In this document: in pieces, positions 12,573-26,345 of the stretch | How positions within the stretch are numbered: the stretch's first letter is position 1 | How the letters are laid out: each line of letters starts with the position of its first letter | Origin: Octopus vulgaris | Lineage: Eukaryota | NCBI GenBank assembly: GCA_951406725.2 | Contig: OX597816.1 | Location: forward strand, 179,180,001 to 179,244,000 | DNA length: 64,000 nucleotides | Reading direction: 5' to 3' | Notes under the pieces: model-generated | The model's database searches: none | Seen by the model: only the letters and a program-made list of their open reading frames with translations | What the model was told of the DNA's origin: nothing | Translations under genes and position numbers: made by a program

Positions 12573-13196
12573 TTTTTTTTATATGTAATGTTTCATTAAA
12601 AAGAAGCAAAGCAAATACTTGATTCAGGGAGAATCACTCATGTGGCTTTCTCGTGCTTTCTGATACCCTGCAGTGATGATGGATTTAAAGGATTTAAATA
12701 CCTCAAGTGATTATGTCATTAAACTGCAAAACAAAAATGTCTGAAGAAATGTTGTTTTAAGACCAATTTCTCATACAATTGCCTATGAAGACATAATTGT
12801 TTCCTCAAGATTCTCCTTACTAAATATAAATGCCAAGATTTTTCCTCTTAAAAGAATATGTGACACACGTGTAATAAAACTACAAATATAAAAGTGAATA
12901 CAAAAATTACCAAAAACAAAAAACAAACATAAAGCTGAATACATCTAATTCCCCAGTTTATCCATATCTATCTTGGAATTCCTTGCAACTTCTCATGGAA
13001 CCATGATCGGGAAATGCTGTCCTTGTGACATTCCTACAGAATCTATTTTTTCTCAAACTATTTAGGATATTTTTATATTTTTGAATTTGAGAATGCTTTT
13101 GGCAGTACCCCTTCTTTTTAATCTAATGGGAGTAGTCATATTTTGATTACACACGAAGACACACCTATATCCACACACATATATATGTGTACATTT

Positions 13197-13231
<35 letters not shown>

Positions 13232-13236
13232 ATATA

Positions 13237-13620
13237 TACTCTTTTACTTGTTTCAGTCATTTGACTGCGGCCATGCTGGAGCACCGCCTTAAGTTGAGCA
13301 ACTCGACCCCGAGACTTATTCTATCGGTCTCTTTTGCTGAACCGCTAAGTGACGGGGACGTAAACATACCAGCATCAGTTGTCAAGCAATGCTAGGGGGA
13401 CAAACACAGACACACATACATATACACACACACTTATATATATATACATATGTACAACAGGCTTCTTTCAGTTTCCGTCTACCAAATCCACTCACAAGGC
13501 ATTGGTCGGCCCAGGGCTATAGCAGAAGACACTTGCCCAAGATGCCACGCAGTGGGACTGAACCCGGAGCCATGTGGTTGGTTAGCAAGCTACTTACCAC
13601 ACAGCCACTCCTGTGCCTAT
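13237..13620 (-). mobile_element. SINE family A with a small internal deletion
   Basis: Reverse complement of family A. Confidence 0.9.
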
Positions 13621-14751
13621 ACATATATATCTACTGTATACACGCTAGTGCATGTGATTATGTATGTGTGTTTAGCCCTGGAAAGGCTCAGAAATGGTGC
13701 AGCCTTGAAAAAATTGAATTTGATTTTCAAATATTTAAAGCTATGATGTGTATTAATTCCATACCGGTGTAGTTTCCTGACCATCGTATAAACCAAACAT
13801 TGGTATCCTGTCGCACTAAGGTTACAAGGTGGTCTTTTTCACCTTTTGTATGACATGTATAATATGATGGTTACATAATTATATTTTTACTAAAATTTGG
13901 AGGCATAATATTTAGGTATGACTATTATATTTTGTTACTGTCTATCTCTCAGTCACTCACGCTTTCTTTTCATAAAATGTTTATGATTTTCTTTCGGGTA
14001 AGATAAATAGTGTACCCTGTACTATCCATTATGTATGTTAAAGTATTCTTTTAGTGATATGCATGTCCTCTGGAAGAAATTCAGCAAGGTGAAACAAGAC
14101 TGCTTTTGAGTTCTTGTAGGCAAAGAAGTCTTCTCAAATTTCAAGTGGGCTGTAAATTTTTTTTAAAGGGTGGCTCCTAGTAAAAAGTCAAAGAGCCCTC
14201 CATCCTTCTCTGGTCCCCAAACTGGTGTACCAGCCAAATCCCACTCTTATAGGCTCTGGTAGTATGGTCTGCTGCTGGTAAAATGTTGCTCACGGGTGGA
14301 ATAAATATATTAGACTAAATATCTCATTATGGTATAAAACGTATAAATTTAAATATTACACTTATAAATTACATAATGGTAGGTATTTCAACATGATATA
14401 AACTATATTTAGTAAAAGGTCTCACAAGGATATGAACTTGGATATTGTATTATGATTTCCTGATAAAATAATACAAACCAGAGGTGTTTGAAAATGTATT
14501 TAATCATACTTTCAAAATGTTGATCTGAAAATTACTTTTAGGTGTATATGTACTGTATGTGTAGTCTGCTTCTATAATTCTCAATCTCATGCTCTGAGAT
14601 GCCTCCTATACTGAAAAAAAAAAAGCAAAAAAAAAGCAGTGGGTCCCTAGACATACAAAGGCTACATGTAAGACAGAAAACTTACAACTCTGAAGGTTGT
14701 GCTCCAGCATGATCTCAGTTGTGTTGGCTAAGACAAACACTAAACAACTAA

Positions 14752-14796
<45 letters not shown>

Positions 14797-15074
14797 TACA
14801 GCATTGACTGTTAATCAGCAGTTATAAATGTAAAGTGAATCAAATATATTAGATGTATATATATGAATATTTATTCACTTGATAAGATAAGGCCAGAAAT
14901 TATGCCAATCTAGAAATGTTTATCCATTGTTTATCATTAAGAATCATCAGCGGAATGTTAAAGGTAACCTACAAGAATTGGCTAGAGATATACATATAAC
15001 TTGTTGGGCTAGATTCTATTTTTCTAACTATTTTTCTTAGATATTTCATGCCTCAAATAAAGACGCAGTAATAA

Positions 15075-15505
15075 CTGAATTAAGCTCAGGAGTGTAGAAT
15101 AATATAAAGTTATAGGGTCATGTCATGAGTAAACCTAATATAGCACTGTAGAAGATTGGATGTATCATTACTTAACCCTGGAATGATTTGTAGAGCATTT
15201 AGTTAATCTTGGTTAATACTGTATAAAGTTAGGATATATTATAAGTTAAGCTAGAATAACAGTATAGAAATGTTGGCTTATGTCAGTAGTTAACCTAGGA
15301 TAACACTATGAAACAGCAGATATGTCATTATTTAAGATCACTTAGCAGAATACTGAGTTTAACTTAGGTGCAAACAACAGAACATTAAAAGTACCATTAG
15401 TTAACCTAGGAAAACACCATACAAATATTGAATTGTGCCATTAATTAGCCTTGGATAACATTGTATAACTGTTGGATTGTATCATTTGTTAACCTAGGAT
15501 AATGA
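15075..15505. repeat. Diverged ~43-44 bp minisatellite with a near-palindromic core
   Basis: GTTAACCTAGGATAAC-like motif at 15129, 15172, 15202, 15245, 15289, 15358, 15400, 15444 and 15488. Confidence 0.75.
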
Positions 15506-15720
15506 ACACACACTAAACACGAAGTAATTAAAGGTACCCACTAACATAGATGCATACTAAATATCATCTCTAATTTCCCAAGGTCAACTTATCCATACTA
15601 AACATCAGTGCTTCTATGCTTTGTATCTTTGCTAAATGCCTTACTATTTATATAAACCATCTTTTCTATGATAAACACACTATTCTTTTATTCTTTTACT
15701 TGTTTCAGTCATTTGACTGC

Positions 15721-16282
15721 ATCTGCGCTAGCATGGGTCGGGCGATTTGACTGAGGGCTGGTGAACCAGATGGCTGCACCAGGCTCCAATATTGATCTGG
15801 CAGAGTTTCTACAGCTGGATGCTCTTCCTAACACCAACCACTCTGAGAGTGTAGTAGGTGCTTTTTACATGCCACAAGCACGGGGCCAGTCAGGCAGTAC
15901 TGGCAATGACCTCGCTCGAATCTTTTTACACATGCCACCGGCACAGGTGCCAGTAAAGCGATACTGGTAATGATCACGCTTGAATGGAGCCTTTTACGTG
16001 CCACCGGCACAGAAGCCAGTTAGCTGCTCTGGCAACGATCATGCTCAGATGGTGCTCTTGGCACCCTACTAGCACGGGCATAAGTGCCAGTAAGGTGACG
16101 CTGGCAACGATCACACTCGAATGGTGCCTTTTATGTGCCACTGGCATGGAAGCCGGTTAGCCGCTCTGTCAACGATTATGCTCGTATGTTGCTCTTTGCA
16201 CCCCGCTAGCATGGATGTCAGTCATCGAATTTAATTTTGATTTCAAAATCAAAATCAAATTTGATGACTGGCATCCGTGCTA
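15721..16282 (-). mobile_element. RTE LINE 3' UTR (solo tail) with tandem units and a short terminal inversion
   Basis: ctacagctggatg.c.ttcctaa motif and repeated gtgccaccggcac units. 16207-16243 is repeated inverted at 16245-16282. Confidence 0.82.
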
Positions 16283-16922
16283 ACACACATATATATATAT
16301 ATGTATATATACATAATTAACAATATCAATGCTAAAAAAAAGTCTGAAACCATTGGTCCAGGAGTTAGATGGTAAATGTTTTATTTTTCATTCCCTTCAA
16401 AATTTTATCTCTAATAGTGGTTTGGAATTTAACTGTCTTCTCTAGCGTGCAAGGAATCCTATGATGAATGCCTCTTGTATGTTTAAATGTACACTGTATT
16501 TATGTGAATAATATATAGTCTATTGACTAAATTTTTACATGCTAGGCCACTGGTAATGGAAATTTCAAATATTTCTAATTACCCATTGATATTATTAATT
16601 ATTGATAATTTTTCTGAAAAATTTTCGAATAGAAAAACCAGCATTTTATTTACTGCCAACAAGGAGCTGTGCTTGCGCAGTAGATTTCAAAAATTTGAAT
16701 GTATAAGCATGGGGCATATACTGGATTGCCTCATGTATATATATTTAATCTAAGGTATACCTGCTGAAGAAGACTTCACCTAGCAAATTATTTTATTTGC
16801 TAATTTGCTAATTTCCCTTTGAAATTTTATCCCTAATAGTGGTTTGGAATTTAACTGTCCTCTCTAGTGCGCAAGGAATCCTATGATGGATGCCTCTTGT
16901 GTGTTTAAGTGTACCCAGCATT

Positions 16923-16959
<37 letters not shown>

Positions 16960-16963
<4 letters not shown>

Positions 16964-17192
16964 CAGGCTACTTTCAATTTCCTTCTACCAAATCCACTCA
17001 CAAGGCTTTGGTCGGCCCGAGGCTATAGGGGAAGACACTTGTCCAAGCTGCCATGCAGTGAGACTGAACCCAGAACCATGTGGTTGGTAAGCAAGCTTCT
17101 TACCACACTGCCATGCCTGCACCAGTTTTAGTCGAAAACATCAACCCCAGGACTTATTCTTTGTAAGCCTAGTACTTATTTTATCGGTCTCT
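16960..17192 (-). mobile_element. SINE family A fragments (5' half, then a piece of the 3' half)
   Basis: Homology to family A. The segment order implies nesting. Confidence 0.8.
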
Positions 17193-17929
17193 TGAAGAAT
17201 TTTTAATTGAATGAATCAACCCAAACACCAAACAACATCTAGTTGAAGATAAACACCTTGTAAGCCATACTAAATGCCAATGCAACCAAATTAAACACCA
17301 CACATTGATGCTTAAACACCATCCTAAATACTATCAAGTGCATGATAAATACCAAACACATCTATGTGAAACAACATCCTGTCTACGATAAACACCTCTG
17401 CATCTGCATGGAACACCATTCTGTCTTTATTTAACACTGTTATCTATGAGGAAGTGAGAGGGAGTATAAAGTGAAGTGATGTATGGAAGTAAGTGAAGTC
17501 AGAAGTAAGATATAAGGGGATGATGGCAATTCTTTGTGTCTGAAGATGATGAGGAAGAGTTGCAAGCACTTGAGTGTCTATGTGAACTGATCCTTGAATA
17601 ATAGGCTCCGGTGCACTTGGTGCAAATATGTAGGTTTTGGTCAGATGGAATCATGATAATGACTTTTTTTCCTTCTTTGACATTTCTTATCTACTGCTGT
17701 TGCTTTGGCCTCAAAATTGTTTAAAGTGGTCGAGATGCAATCTCACCACACCGGCCCCTGTGCTGCAATTCCTTCCCTCTCTGTGGGACTCTGTGGGCTT
17801 TATGTGGTGTGAGTTAGCATTTCAGTTAGTCTTTGAAACACTTTCAGGGATCTCCTACATTACCAGGAACAAAGTCTAGAAGACTCTCCTCTACAGGTTA
17901 GAAGCTTAGGTGTAGTACAGAAAGCAGGT

Positions 17930-18180
17930 CGAGCTACTGGAACACTTCTGCTAGAGATGCTTTTGCTCTGTCATAGATATCTCATGGAAGGCACACATCG
18001 TCAACAACAAAATCCTCTAGAAATGTCCTGAGCAGTGAAACTATGCTGTGGCTCAGACAGCTTAGATGGCTGAGCCACATCTCATGTACAGCCAAATCCA
18101 GAATGCCAAAGGCTGTAGTTTATGGTGAGCTCAATGAGGGCAAAAGAAGTAGAGGAGTACCCCTGGAAGAAAGTATAAAG
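17930..18180 (+). mobile_element. Old RTE/BovB-like LINE C-terminal fragment
   Basis: Translates to LRQLRWLSHISC..SRMPKAVVYGELNEGKRSRG, typical of the RTE ORF C-terminus. Confidence 0.7.
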
Positions 18181-20369
18181 CAATGAAAAAGTATTGTGTA
18201 GCATAGAAATAAAGTATAGTGTTAGATAGTGTGAAAATAAAGTGTAGTACTAAACGGATTCTATATGATCGAGGAATATGTTGATGTGTCACAAGAAGCA
18301 GAGATTAAGATTTCAGACCAGAACCTTCATATGAAAATAAATGAGAGAGAAATAGTTGTTTGACAGGATATATGACTCTCTGAATTTAGAGACATAGAAT
18401 AATTGAAGTCATAAGAAACATTCTAGATCACATGATAGGATAAAGAAATCTAAAAAAAAACAAAAAATCTAGCTACCATCTAAATCAATACAAACAGCAA
18501 AATATAAAAGTTAATTATATAAAATGTCAGCCTATTATTTCTGATAGATGACTTCAAATGTCACTTTTCAAATGTGTATGTGTTTGTATATACTTCTATA
18601 TAATGTCTGGATATACACATGTATATGTGTTGAACTTTTATACAATGTTTAGCTATCTTGGTATCCTTGTATGAGAGTTTACTGTAACGTTTAAATGTTT
18701 CCATGAGAGCAAGTACAGTACATTGCTACATAATCGTAGAAAGACTCATACAAGTATGTTGACTGTACAATATCTAATGTCCTCATATGTGTGTTCTCTG
18801 CCATACAATATTTAAGTGTCTCTATGATGTTTATTGACTATCAGATAATATTTAGTTGTTTCCATGTGTATATGATGACCATTCTACAATATTTAAATGA
18901 TAATCTTGAGGAGGCTAATACCCTTGAGACCGCCATACATCTTCCATATTTCTTTATTTTTATGAAGGTAGGTAACACTACACTTGATCTGATATAAGAG
19001 AGTGGAAGAGATACCAATTCTATCATAAGGTTAGATATAGATCCAATGGTAAGAGAGAAACTGTGCAATTGAGAGTAAAATTACTTTGGCTAAGGTTTAG
19101 ATGAAGTGCCACTGATATGAACTGAGATGTTTAAAAGTAGTTAAAACTGATAATAAGGAACTGATAGCTGAAGAAGACATCCACCTGTTGGTGGAGGCCT
19201 GTGTGTAATGAGGGTGAAAACTTAGATCTTACCCTTTCCATACCAGTCCACCTGAGACTGCCCATGGTTATATGATATACGTTTCCTGCTTTAAAGTGAT
19301 CTAAATTAAGACCTTCTCTCCAAATGTCATGTTCGTTTATGTTCAAAACACCAGGTTAATAATGACAAAATTATTTTTCTAAATACTCCCACAATTTCCC
19401 AAATTAATTGAAACAAAAGCTCTGTATTTCAACGATAAAGGTGAGAACAAGAGGATTAAACTTTCTACTGCAGGTTTATTACCTATCATGTGAACATGCC
19501 ACAGGCTACACCTGACATATCAGACACGACACAGAATTCAACTATGAGAATGTCAAACCAAAATGAACATTTAACATACTGTAGGTGACACGAATAGATA
19601 ACAGATGTTATAGCACAGAACTAAGAGGATAGGGACAAACCAATAACATTTGATGCTATTATAGGTATCCTGGATATAGGAGGAACCTTAGCTGTCACTT
19701 ACAAGTGAGTTTGACTAGGTAGCATGTAAATAAAGAGTATATAAACTTTGGTAAACACCATTTTTGCAAAATCAATTCAATCCTTAGCAGTAGCTGTTTC
19801 ACTTCATTTACATTGAAAGGGTGTGATCTGAACAGAAGTTCTATACTGGATTTTGTAATTTTGGCTACACTATGTCAGAATAAAAGAATAGAATAGCCAC
19901 ATGGTGATCATTTTTTAATCCTAAATCTACCAGAACAAGCCTGACCTGTTGTTACACAGTAATACCACTACCAACATCATCCACACATGGAAGCTTTTAT
20001 GGTACTCTTTTTTGCTAGAAATGGCAACTACATTCCCTCAACTTACATTAGAAGAACTCATTGGATAATGCAGGCATGGGCAACCTTTGTCATGAAACGC
20101 TTACCATTAAGTGGGTCACACTATAAAAGGAATTCAAGGTGATTTTTCATTAGACATGCCATTTAAAAAGTTCTATGGGCAATAGGTTACTTATGACTAG
20201 GATAATGAATTTTGAGGTATACAAAAAAAAAAAAAAATGGCATGGTCACAGTGGGAATGTTTCACTGACAATGGAATAAACAAGAACAATTAACCCAAAG
20301 AAAAAGAAAAGGAAGACAAGACTGGATAATGTAGCCCCATAGAAATAGCAACTAAATCCTTTCAAATTA

Positions 20370-20576
20370 CACCCTTTAGCATTTAAGCTGACCATATCTG
20401 GCTAAAATATTCTACCTGTGTCGTGTTCAAATTGGCCAGATCTGGCCTTTCACACCAACCCTACAATATCATTGTAAAAATTAACAGTTACCTCATCAAA
20501 ATCTCAAAGCTACAAGATAATACATGATTAATTCAAAACAATGCGAATAAATAAACATTACACGATAAAGGGTTAG
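20370..20576. mobile_element. piggyBac-like MITE
   Basis: Ends ACCCTTTAGCATT and TAAAGGGTTA. A second homologous copy at 25440-25613 ends TAAAGGGTTAA. Confidence 0.6.
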
Positions 20577-21846
20577 CAAAAAAAAGATCTCATTGGATTG
20601 TCACAGTTGCAATGCCTCTGACCTGAGGCTAAACAACAATAGAAAGGATCCTAAAAAAGATGGATTATATCTGAATGCATGACATATTCTTGACAAGAAA
20701 ATGCTTGAGTTTCCTTGACTGGGGCTGGCTTATGGGACCATTGCTTCAATATCAGCCACAAGAGAGAGTTAATTCTTGCAAATCTTCACTGCATGAATAA
20801 CATGAATCTGATGTTTGTTTATAAAATTTATCAGTCTATAACAATATTGAATTTTTGATTACACAAATGGTTGAAGATGATTGGTGGGGATATTGGTAGC
20901 AGATGGTGAAGATGAGGTTGAAGGTGAAAGGGAAGGAGAAATTACAGTTACTATGACAACTGAGTGAGAACTAGAAGAGAGAAAAGGTGAAGGGCTAATT
21001 TTTATAAAGGTAAAATAAATTGCCTGAAATGCAAAACTGAAAATGTGATTACAGTGATTATGGTGATGATAGTGATGATTACATTGGTTATAGTTATCAT
21101 GGTGATGATGGTGATGGTTATTATGGTGATGATCATAGTAATGATTATAGTAGTTAAATGGTTATAATCATTATGGTGATGATGGTGATGTAGATAACAA
21201 GGAAGAGAAGGGAAGCAGCAGAAGAAGAAGAAGTGGGGTGTAAAGTCATTGTATGTGTATGGAGGTAGATTGATGAGTTGAGACAAGACTAAAACAGGAC
21301 ATCAAATGGAAATGGAAATTCAAGAAGAAAGAAAAAGAAAGTAAAAAAGTAGAAATGAAAATAGAAGCAAGGGCAGATAGATATATAGCTAGACAGGCAT
21401 GTATGTGTGTGTGCATATGTGTATGTGTGTGTGTGTGTACAAAAAAAGAACACCAGTGACTGTTGTGATTTATGACAAATAAAACTTTTATTCTTTTCAT
21501 ACAGAAAAAGAAAATACAATGGTTGCATACTGTCAATCTAACACGTGACAGTAGTTTAGCCCTAGGAAGCATCGACGCCTCCTGATGGCTTTGACACATT
21601 TTTCCTGTGTCCTTATATACATTTACGAAGGGGAGACAAATAACCCCAGCCACCCGGGCTGCATCTAGGGACACGTGTTTCAGGATGATTGTCCTTCGTT
21701 AGATTGGCAGTATACAACCATTCTATCGCCCCACCACTGTACATGTCTTTAGAAATTTAGTATTTCTAAAGAAAATACAGTTGTTACTGCAAATGAAAAA
21801 ATGTTGAGAGTGTTTGAATGTTATTGTTCTTGATGTAATTGTAATA

Positions 21847-22020
21847 ATAGGCGCAGGAGTGGCTGTGTGGTAAGTAGCTTGCTAACCAACCACATGGTTC
21901 CATGTTCAGTCCCACTGCATGGCATCTTGGGCAAGTGTCTTCTGCTATAGCCCCGGGCCGACCAATGCCTTGTGAGTGGATTTGGTAGATGGAAACTGAA
22001 AGAAGCCTGTCGTATATATG

Positions 22021-22053
<33 letters not shown>

Positions 22054-22278
22054 ATGTGTTTGTGTGTCTGTGTTTGTCCCCCTAGCATTGCTTGACAACC
22101 GATGCTGGTATGCTTACGTCCCCGTCACTAAGCGGTTCAGCAAAAGAGACTGATAGAATAAGTACTGGGCTTACAAAGAATAAGTCCCGGGGTCGATTTG
22201 CTTGACTAAAGGCGGTGCTCCAGCATGGCCGCAGTCAAATGACTGAAACAAGTAAAAGAGTAAAAAGAGTAAAAGAAT
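21847..22278 (+). mobile_element. SINE family A, full length, young
   Basis: Complete head, body and (GTAAAAGA)n tail. Confidence 0.93.
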
Positions 22279-22740
22279 AGTCAAAAAGTCAGCTGCTGGT
22301 CGTTGTGTTCCTGTCACTGATTATTCACTGTGGTTGTCGCCAGCAGCTGTCCATGTCTGTTCACTGTCCATTTGATGTCTTGTCTATTACTGTCTCTCAA
22401 TGTTCTCACGACTGCATCCCAAAGCTCTCCATCAAGTTGTCAAGGTCTGCTGAATTTATACTGATGGATTGACTCAGAAGAAAGTGTGCCAAAAGATGAA
22501 ATTGTCACCGGAGCCTATTCCATGTAAAGTCTTGATTGGTCAGATTTTGTTGATCATGTTGGTAATATTCTAGCGAACCGCAACACTGTAGTGATGTGAC
22601 TGCTGAACATTCCCACTACATATATATACACACATGTATGTATGTATTTATCGATATGTATGCATGTATGTATAGTTCATATAATTTTATGTAAATAGAT
22701 GATATCTTTATCAGTATCAATGATATTAGTTATTGATTGG

Positions 22741-22987
22741 TGGAGGCATGTGTCTTAGTGGTTAGGGGTGTTGGGTTCATGATCAAAACATTGTGGTTTC
22801 AATTCCTCAACCGGGTGATGTGTTGTGTTCTTGAGCAAAGCACTTCATTTCACATTGCCCCAGTCCACTCAGCTGCCAAAAATGAGTAACACTGCGATGG
22901 ACTGGTGTCCTGTCCAAGTGAGGAATATATACCCCACAGAAACTGGGAAACTGACCCTATGAATTTATATGACTCGGGAAGGATATT
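22741..22987 (+). mobile_element. tRNA/CORE-like SINE with alternative 3' domain (family C variant)
   Basis: tRNA head and ttcttgagcaaagcactt core, followed by gcgatggactgg.gtcctgtcca. A reverse copy of this tail is at 24437-24532. Confidence 0.75.
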
Positions 22988-23308
22988 AATTATTGATTGG
23001 GAAAAATTAAGAATAATGGAGTTATGGATGAGTAATAATTGTTCTTGAAGCTTTAGAAATTTTGTTTTGTCATTATATGGAATTAATTTAAAGTGTAATT
23101 TAAAGGCGGTGCTCCAGCATGGCCGCAGTCAAATGACTGAAACAAGTAAAAGAGTAAAAGAGTAAGAGTATTTTTCTATCAAGATAAGAACAATACCTTG
23201 ACTTTAAGGATGATATTATTTTGCAAATATTTGCTCATTATTCCTACATTTGTCTTTATGTGATTGATTAATGTAATTTTAGGTTTTAAGTTGAAATTAG
23301 ATTATGAT

Positions 23309-23554
23309 CATTGGTTCTCAACCAGGGTTCACATGGCTTTTGGGGGTCCACATAAGATTTTGCTGTTAAAATTTATGTGCAGTAAGTTGGCTATACTTCT
23401 TCAAACAATTTTTTAATACTATTTCTAATAATGTTTAATTATAAACATATAATGGGACATTTTTAAACATCAAATGTTTATTGGAGGTCCAGTAGAATAA
23501 AAGAAGAATCAAAGGGGTCCATAGGCAAAAAAAAAAAATGGTCGAAAAACACTG
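23309..23554. mobile_element. hAT MITE
   Basis: Imperfect TIRs CATTGGTTCTCAACC and GGTCGAAAAACACTG, with an exact 8-bp TSD ATTATGAT at 23301-23308 and 23555-23562. Confidence 0.85.
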
Positions 23555-24975
23555 ATTATGATCATTGAAAGGAAAATACAGACATTTGAGTAAGATATAG
23601 AGTGGTTCACTTTTATCACATACTTTTAAATCTGATTTAATTTTTGTTCTTGGAGGTTAATTTCATCAAAGGTATTTCAATTTATCTTCTTGTATTCTTT
23701 CATTAACGGGTTAGAAATATAACAAAAAATGGCTCACCACATTAGCGTAGATTGAGTGGGAGGTGAGGGTAGCAGTCTACCTTAGGTGACTATTTGACTG
23801 GGTTGGCATTTTTAAGTCTGCTGTATAAGCTTGTTATAGTCTTATTTCCTCTAGGTGTATGTATGGTTGGGTGGGGTGGGACAAACTCATGGGCTGTTCA
23901 GGGTGGTACACACACCAACCATACCACTGGATCACCATCAGTTTCAGTGATAAGGAATCAGTCGTGTGATAGAGTGAATTACCTATTTATTGAATTAGTA
24001 TGAAAGTGGCTGACTATTCTACAGATACTCATACTATTAATGTAATCCTCAAGTAGAATCAGCATGATACAGTATGTTGGACCTTTGAATGACAGATACA
24101 ATTCATCTGAGGGGTTACTTAGAATCTCTTCCATCTGCAGGATATATATCATATTCAGTAGGAACACCATTAAAGTTTCTTACTCCACTACACCAAATTT
24201 AGCTCAATCATTTGTTCCAGCTAATATATATAAATAATTCGTAAGACATCTTTCACAACAATCCTAATCTTAGCCCTAAGTATTAATTGCAAATTCATTA
24301 GCCCTCACACATACCCTTTAAAATTTGAGTACATAACCAATAATAAGGTAAAAACTAATTACTCATTTGATAACTTCATTAGCCTCGTTATGTTATAATT
24401 ACCATATACATGCATTTTATTTATTTTATTTATGCGCCCTTTTCAAGCCTAGCCAGGCTCATGGGCCCGGTTTCTATGGTGTATGTGTTCCCCCCAGCTG
24501 GACAGGACACCAGTCCATTGCAGCGTTACTCAAGAAACAGGAAGAAAGAGTGAGAGAAAGTTGGGGCAAAAGAGTAATTAATTTTATCTGATCAGAGAAC
24601 AGGATTTGAAAGCTGGCATTTTCTGCATGATAGCTGTCTATCACAAAATGAAAGCAAAATCATTAAGAGGAGGAATTTTTATTAAACGAAACCAAAGCAT
24701 TACAACGATCAAAGTTGTAAAAACTGCTGAAGTTTTAATAAGTTTTAATGAGTGAAGTCATGTGAAATGGTCGATCGTATAAATAATTCAAAAAGGAAAA
24801 AAAATCATTAATGAAGTTTTTCGCAAAAAATTGCACAAATCTGTCCTGATCAAGAGGCCTATCTGTCGGGGAAGACATGGTCTGACATGTGGTCTGACAT
24901 AGAATAAACAAAAATTTATTCAAGACACTCTATTGTAAAAATTGCCCAGTAACGATGGGCTATTCAGCTAGTACA

Positions 24976-25028
<53 letters not shown>

Positions 25029-25159
25029 ATGTTCTACCCTCATGTCAATTCCAATTTTTCCAACATACTTTTCAAACTTAGTTATTAGTACTCCAATGCT
25101 CCTACAACTACTGGGCATATGATGACATCATCATCATCGTCATCGTCATCAGTATTATT

Positions 25160-25380
25160 ATTGGCAGTGAACTGATAGAATTATGAGGGTATCAGACAAA
25201 TGCCTTGCAATATTTCTGCCAATTCTTTAAGTTATGTGTCCAAATCCCACTAGGAACAACTTTGCTTTACATCCCTCTGGGGTTGATCAATTAAAATATT
25301 GCAGTTACTGTAATCAGCTAACATCCCCCCCACTTCACAACTGCTGGCCTTGTGTCAAAATGAGAAACAATCACAATTAT
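25160..25380 (+). mobile_element. SINE family B, diverged
   Basis: Homology to 40219-40449. Confidence 0.65.
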
Positions 25381-25439
25381 TACCATCATTTATTTATTTA
25401 AAAAAAAATAATTTTTCATTATTATTTTAATTATTTAAT

Positions 25440-25613
25440 CTTCTGGCCATATCAGGCCCAAATATTCTGCCTGTTTTATGTTCAAGCAGCCCAAATCTGG
25501 TCCCTCATAACCATAAAAATATACAATCACATCATCTAAATCTCTAAGCTGTGAGGTCATGCATGATTAATTCAAAACAATGTGAATAAATAAACTGAAT
25601 ACTAAAGGGTTAA
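25440..25613. mobile_element. piggyBac-like MITE, partial
   Basis: Homologous to 20370-20576 and ends AAAGGGTTAA. Confidence 0.6.
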
Positions 25614-25661
25614 TATGTAATAAGCTTATTTCAATATATACATGTAATATTTTCATAAAAG

Positions 25662-26100
25662 CAGGCATGGCTGTGTAGTAAGGTAGTTTGCTTTCAAACT
25701 GCATGGTTTGGGTTTCACTCCCATTGTGGTCATTGTTGGCTGTTGTTTTCTACTTTAGCCACTGCCTTATATGTGTGTGTGTCAGTATTTGTATATGCAT
25801 GAGCATGTGAATGAGTGTGTATGTGTGCTTTCCTTGTCTTGTTTAGATATGTCCTTGCTAATTGTAAACATAAGTTACTGTCATACAAATGATGTTATTT
25901 CCCTACTATCCTGAGCAAAAGAATGTCCAGCCATTGAACTACTCACTGTCTGAAGGACAAGGGGAAATATCACTTTACTTGGAAATTGGTGAGAGTTGGC
26001 AACAGGAAGAGCATCTGGTCACAGAAAAATCTACTTCAACAACTTGTCTCTGACCTTATGTAAGTGTGGAAAAGTGTGTATTGAGACAATGATGATGATA
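25662..26100 (+). mobile_element. SINE with family A-like head and RTE-derived 3' tail
   Basis: Head gcaggcatggctgtgt. The tail gttggcaacaggaagagcatc...(gat)n matches the RTE 3' end. Confidence 0.7.
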
Positions 26101-26130
26101 TATTTGTATTAATATTATAATTGGTACTTT

Positions 26131-26345
26131 AAGGCAGTAAGCTGGTGGAACTGGTAGCATGTGGGCCAAAATGCTTAGCAGCATTTCATCCGTCTTCATG
26201 TTCTGAGTTCAAATTCTGCCAAGGTTGACTTTAATCATTTCAGGGTCAATAAAATAAGTACCAGTTCAGCACTGGGGTTGATATAATAGACTTACTTCAT
26301 CCCCTAAACTTGCTGGCTTTGTGCCAAAATTTGAAAGGAATATTA
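26131..26345 (+). mobile_element. SINE family B
   Basis: Homology to 40219-40449. Confidence 0.8.

Noticed and set aside
22290-22560. Tc1-like transposase C-terminus on the minus strand
   Set aside because: Only a vague LWDAV resemblance, with no catalytic motif or TIR.
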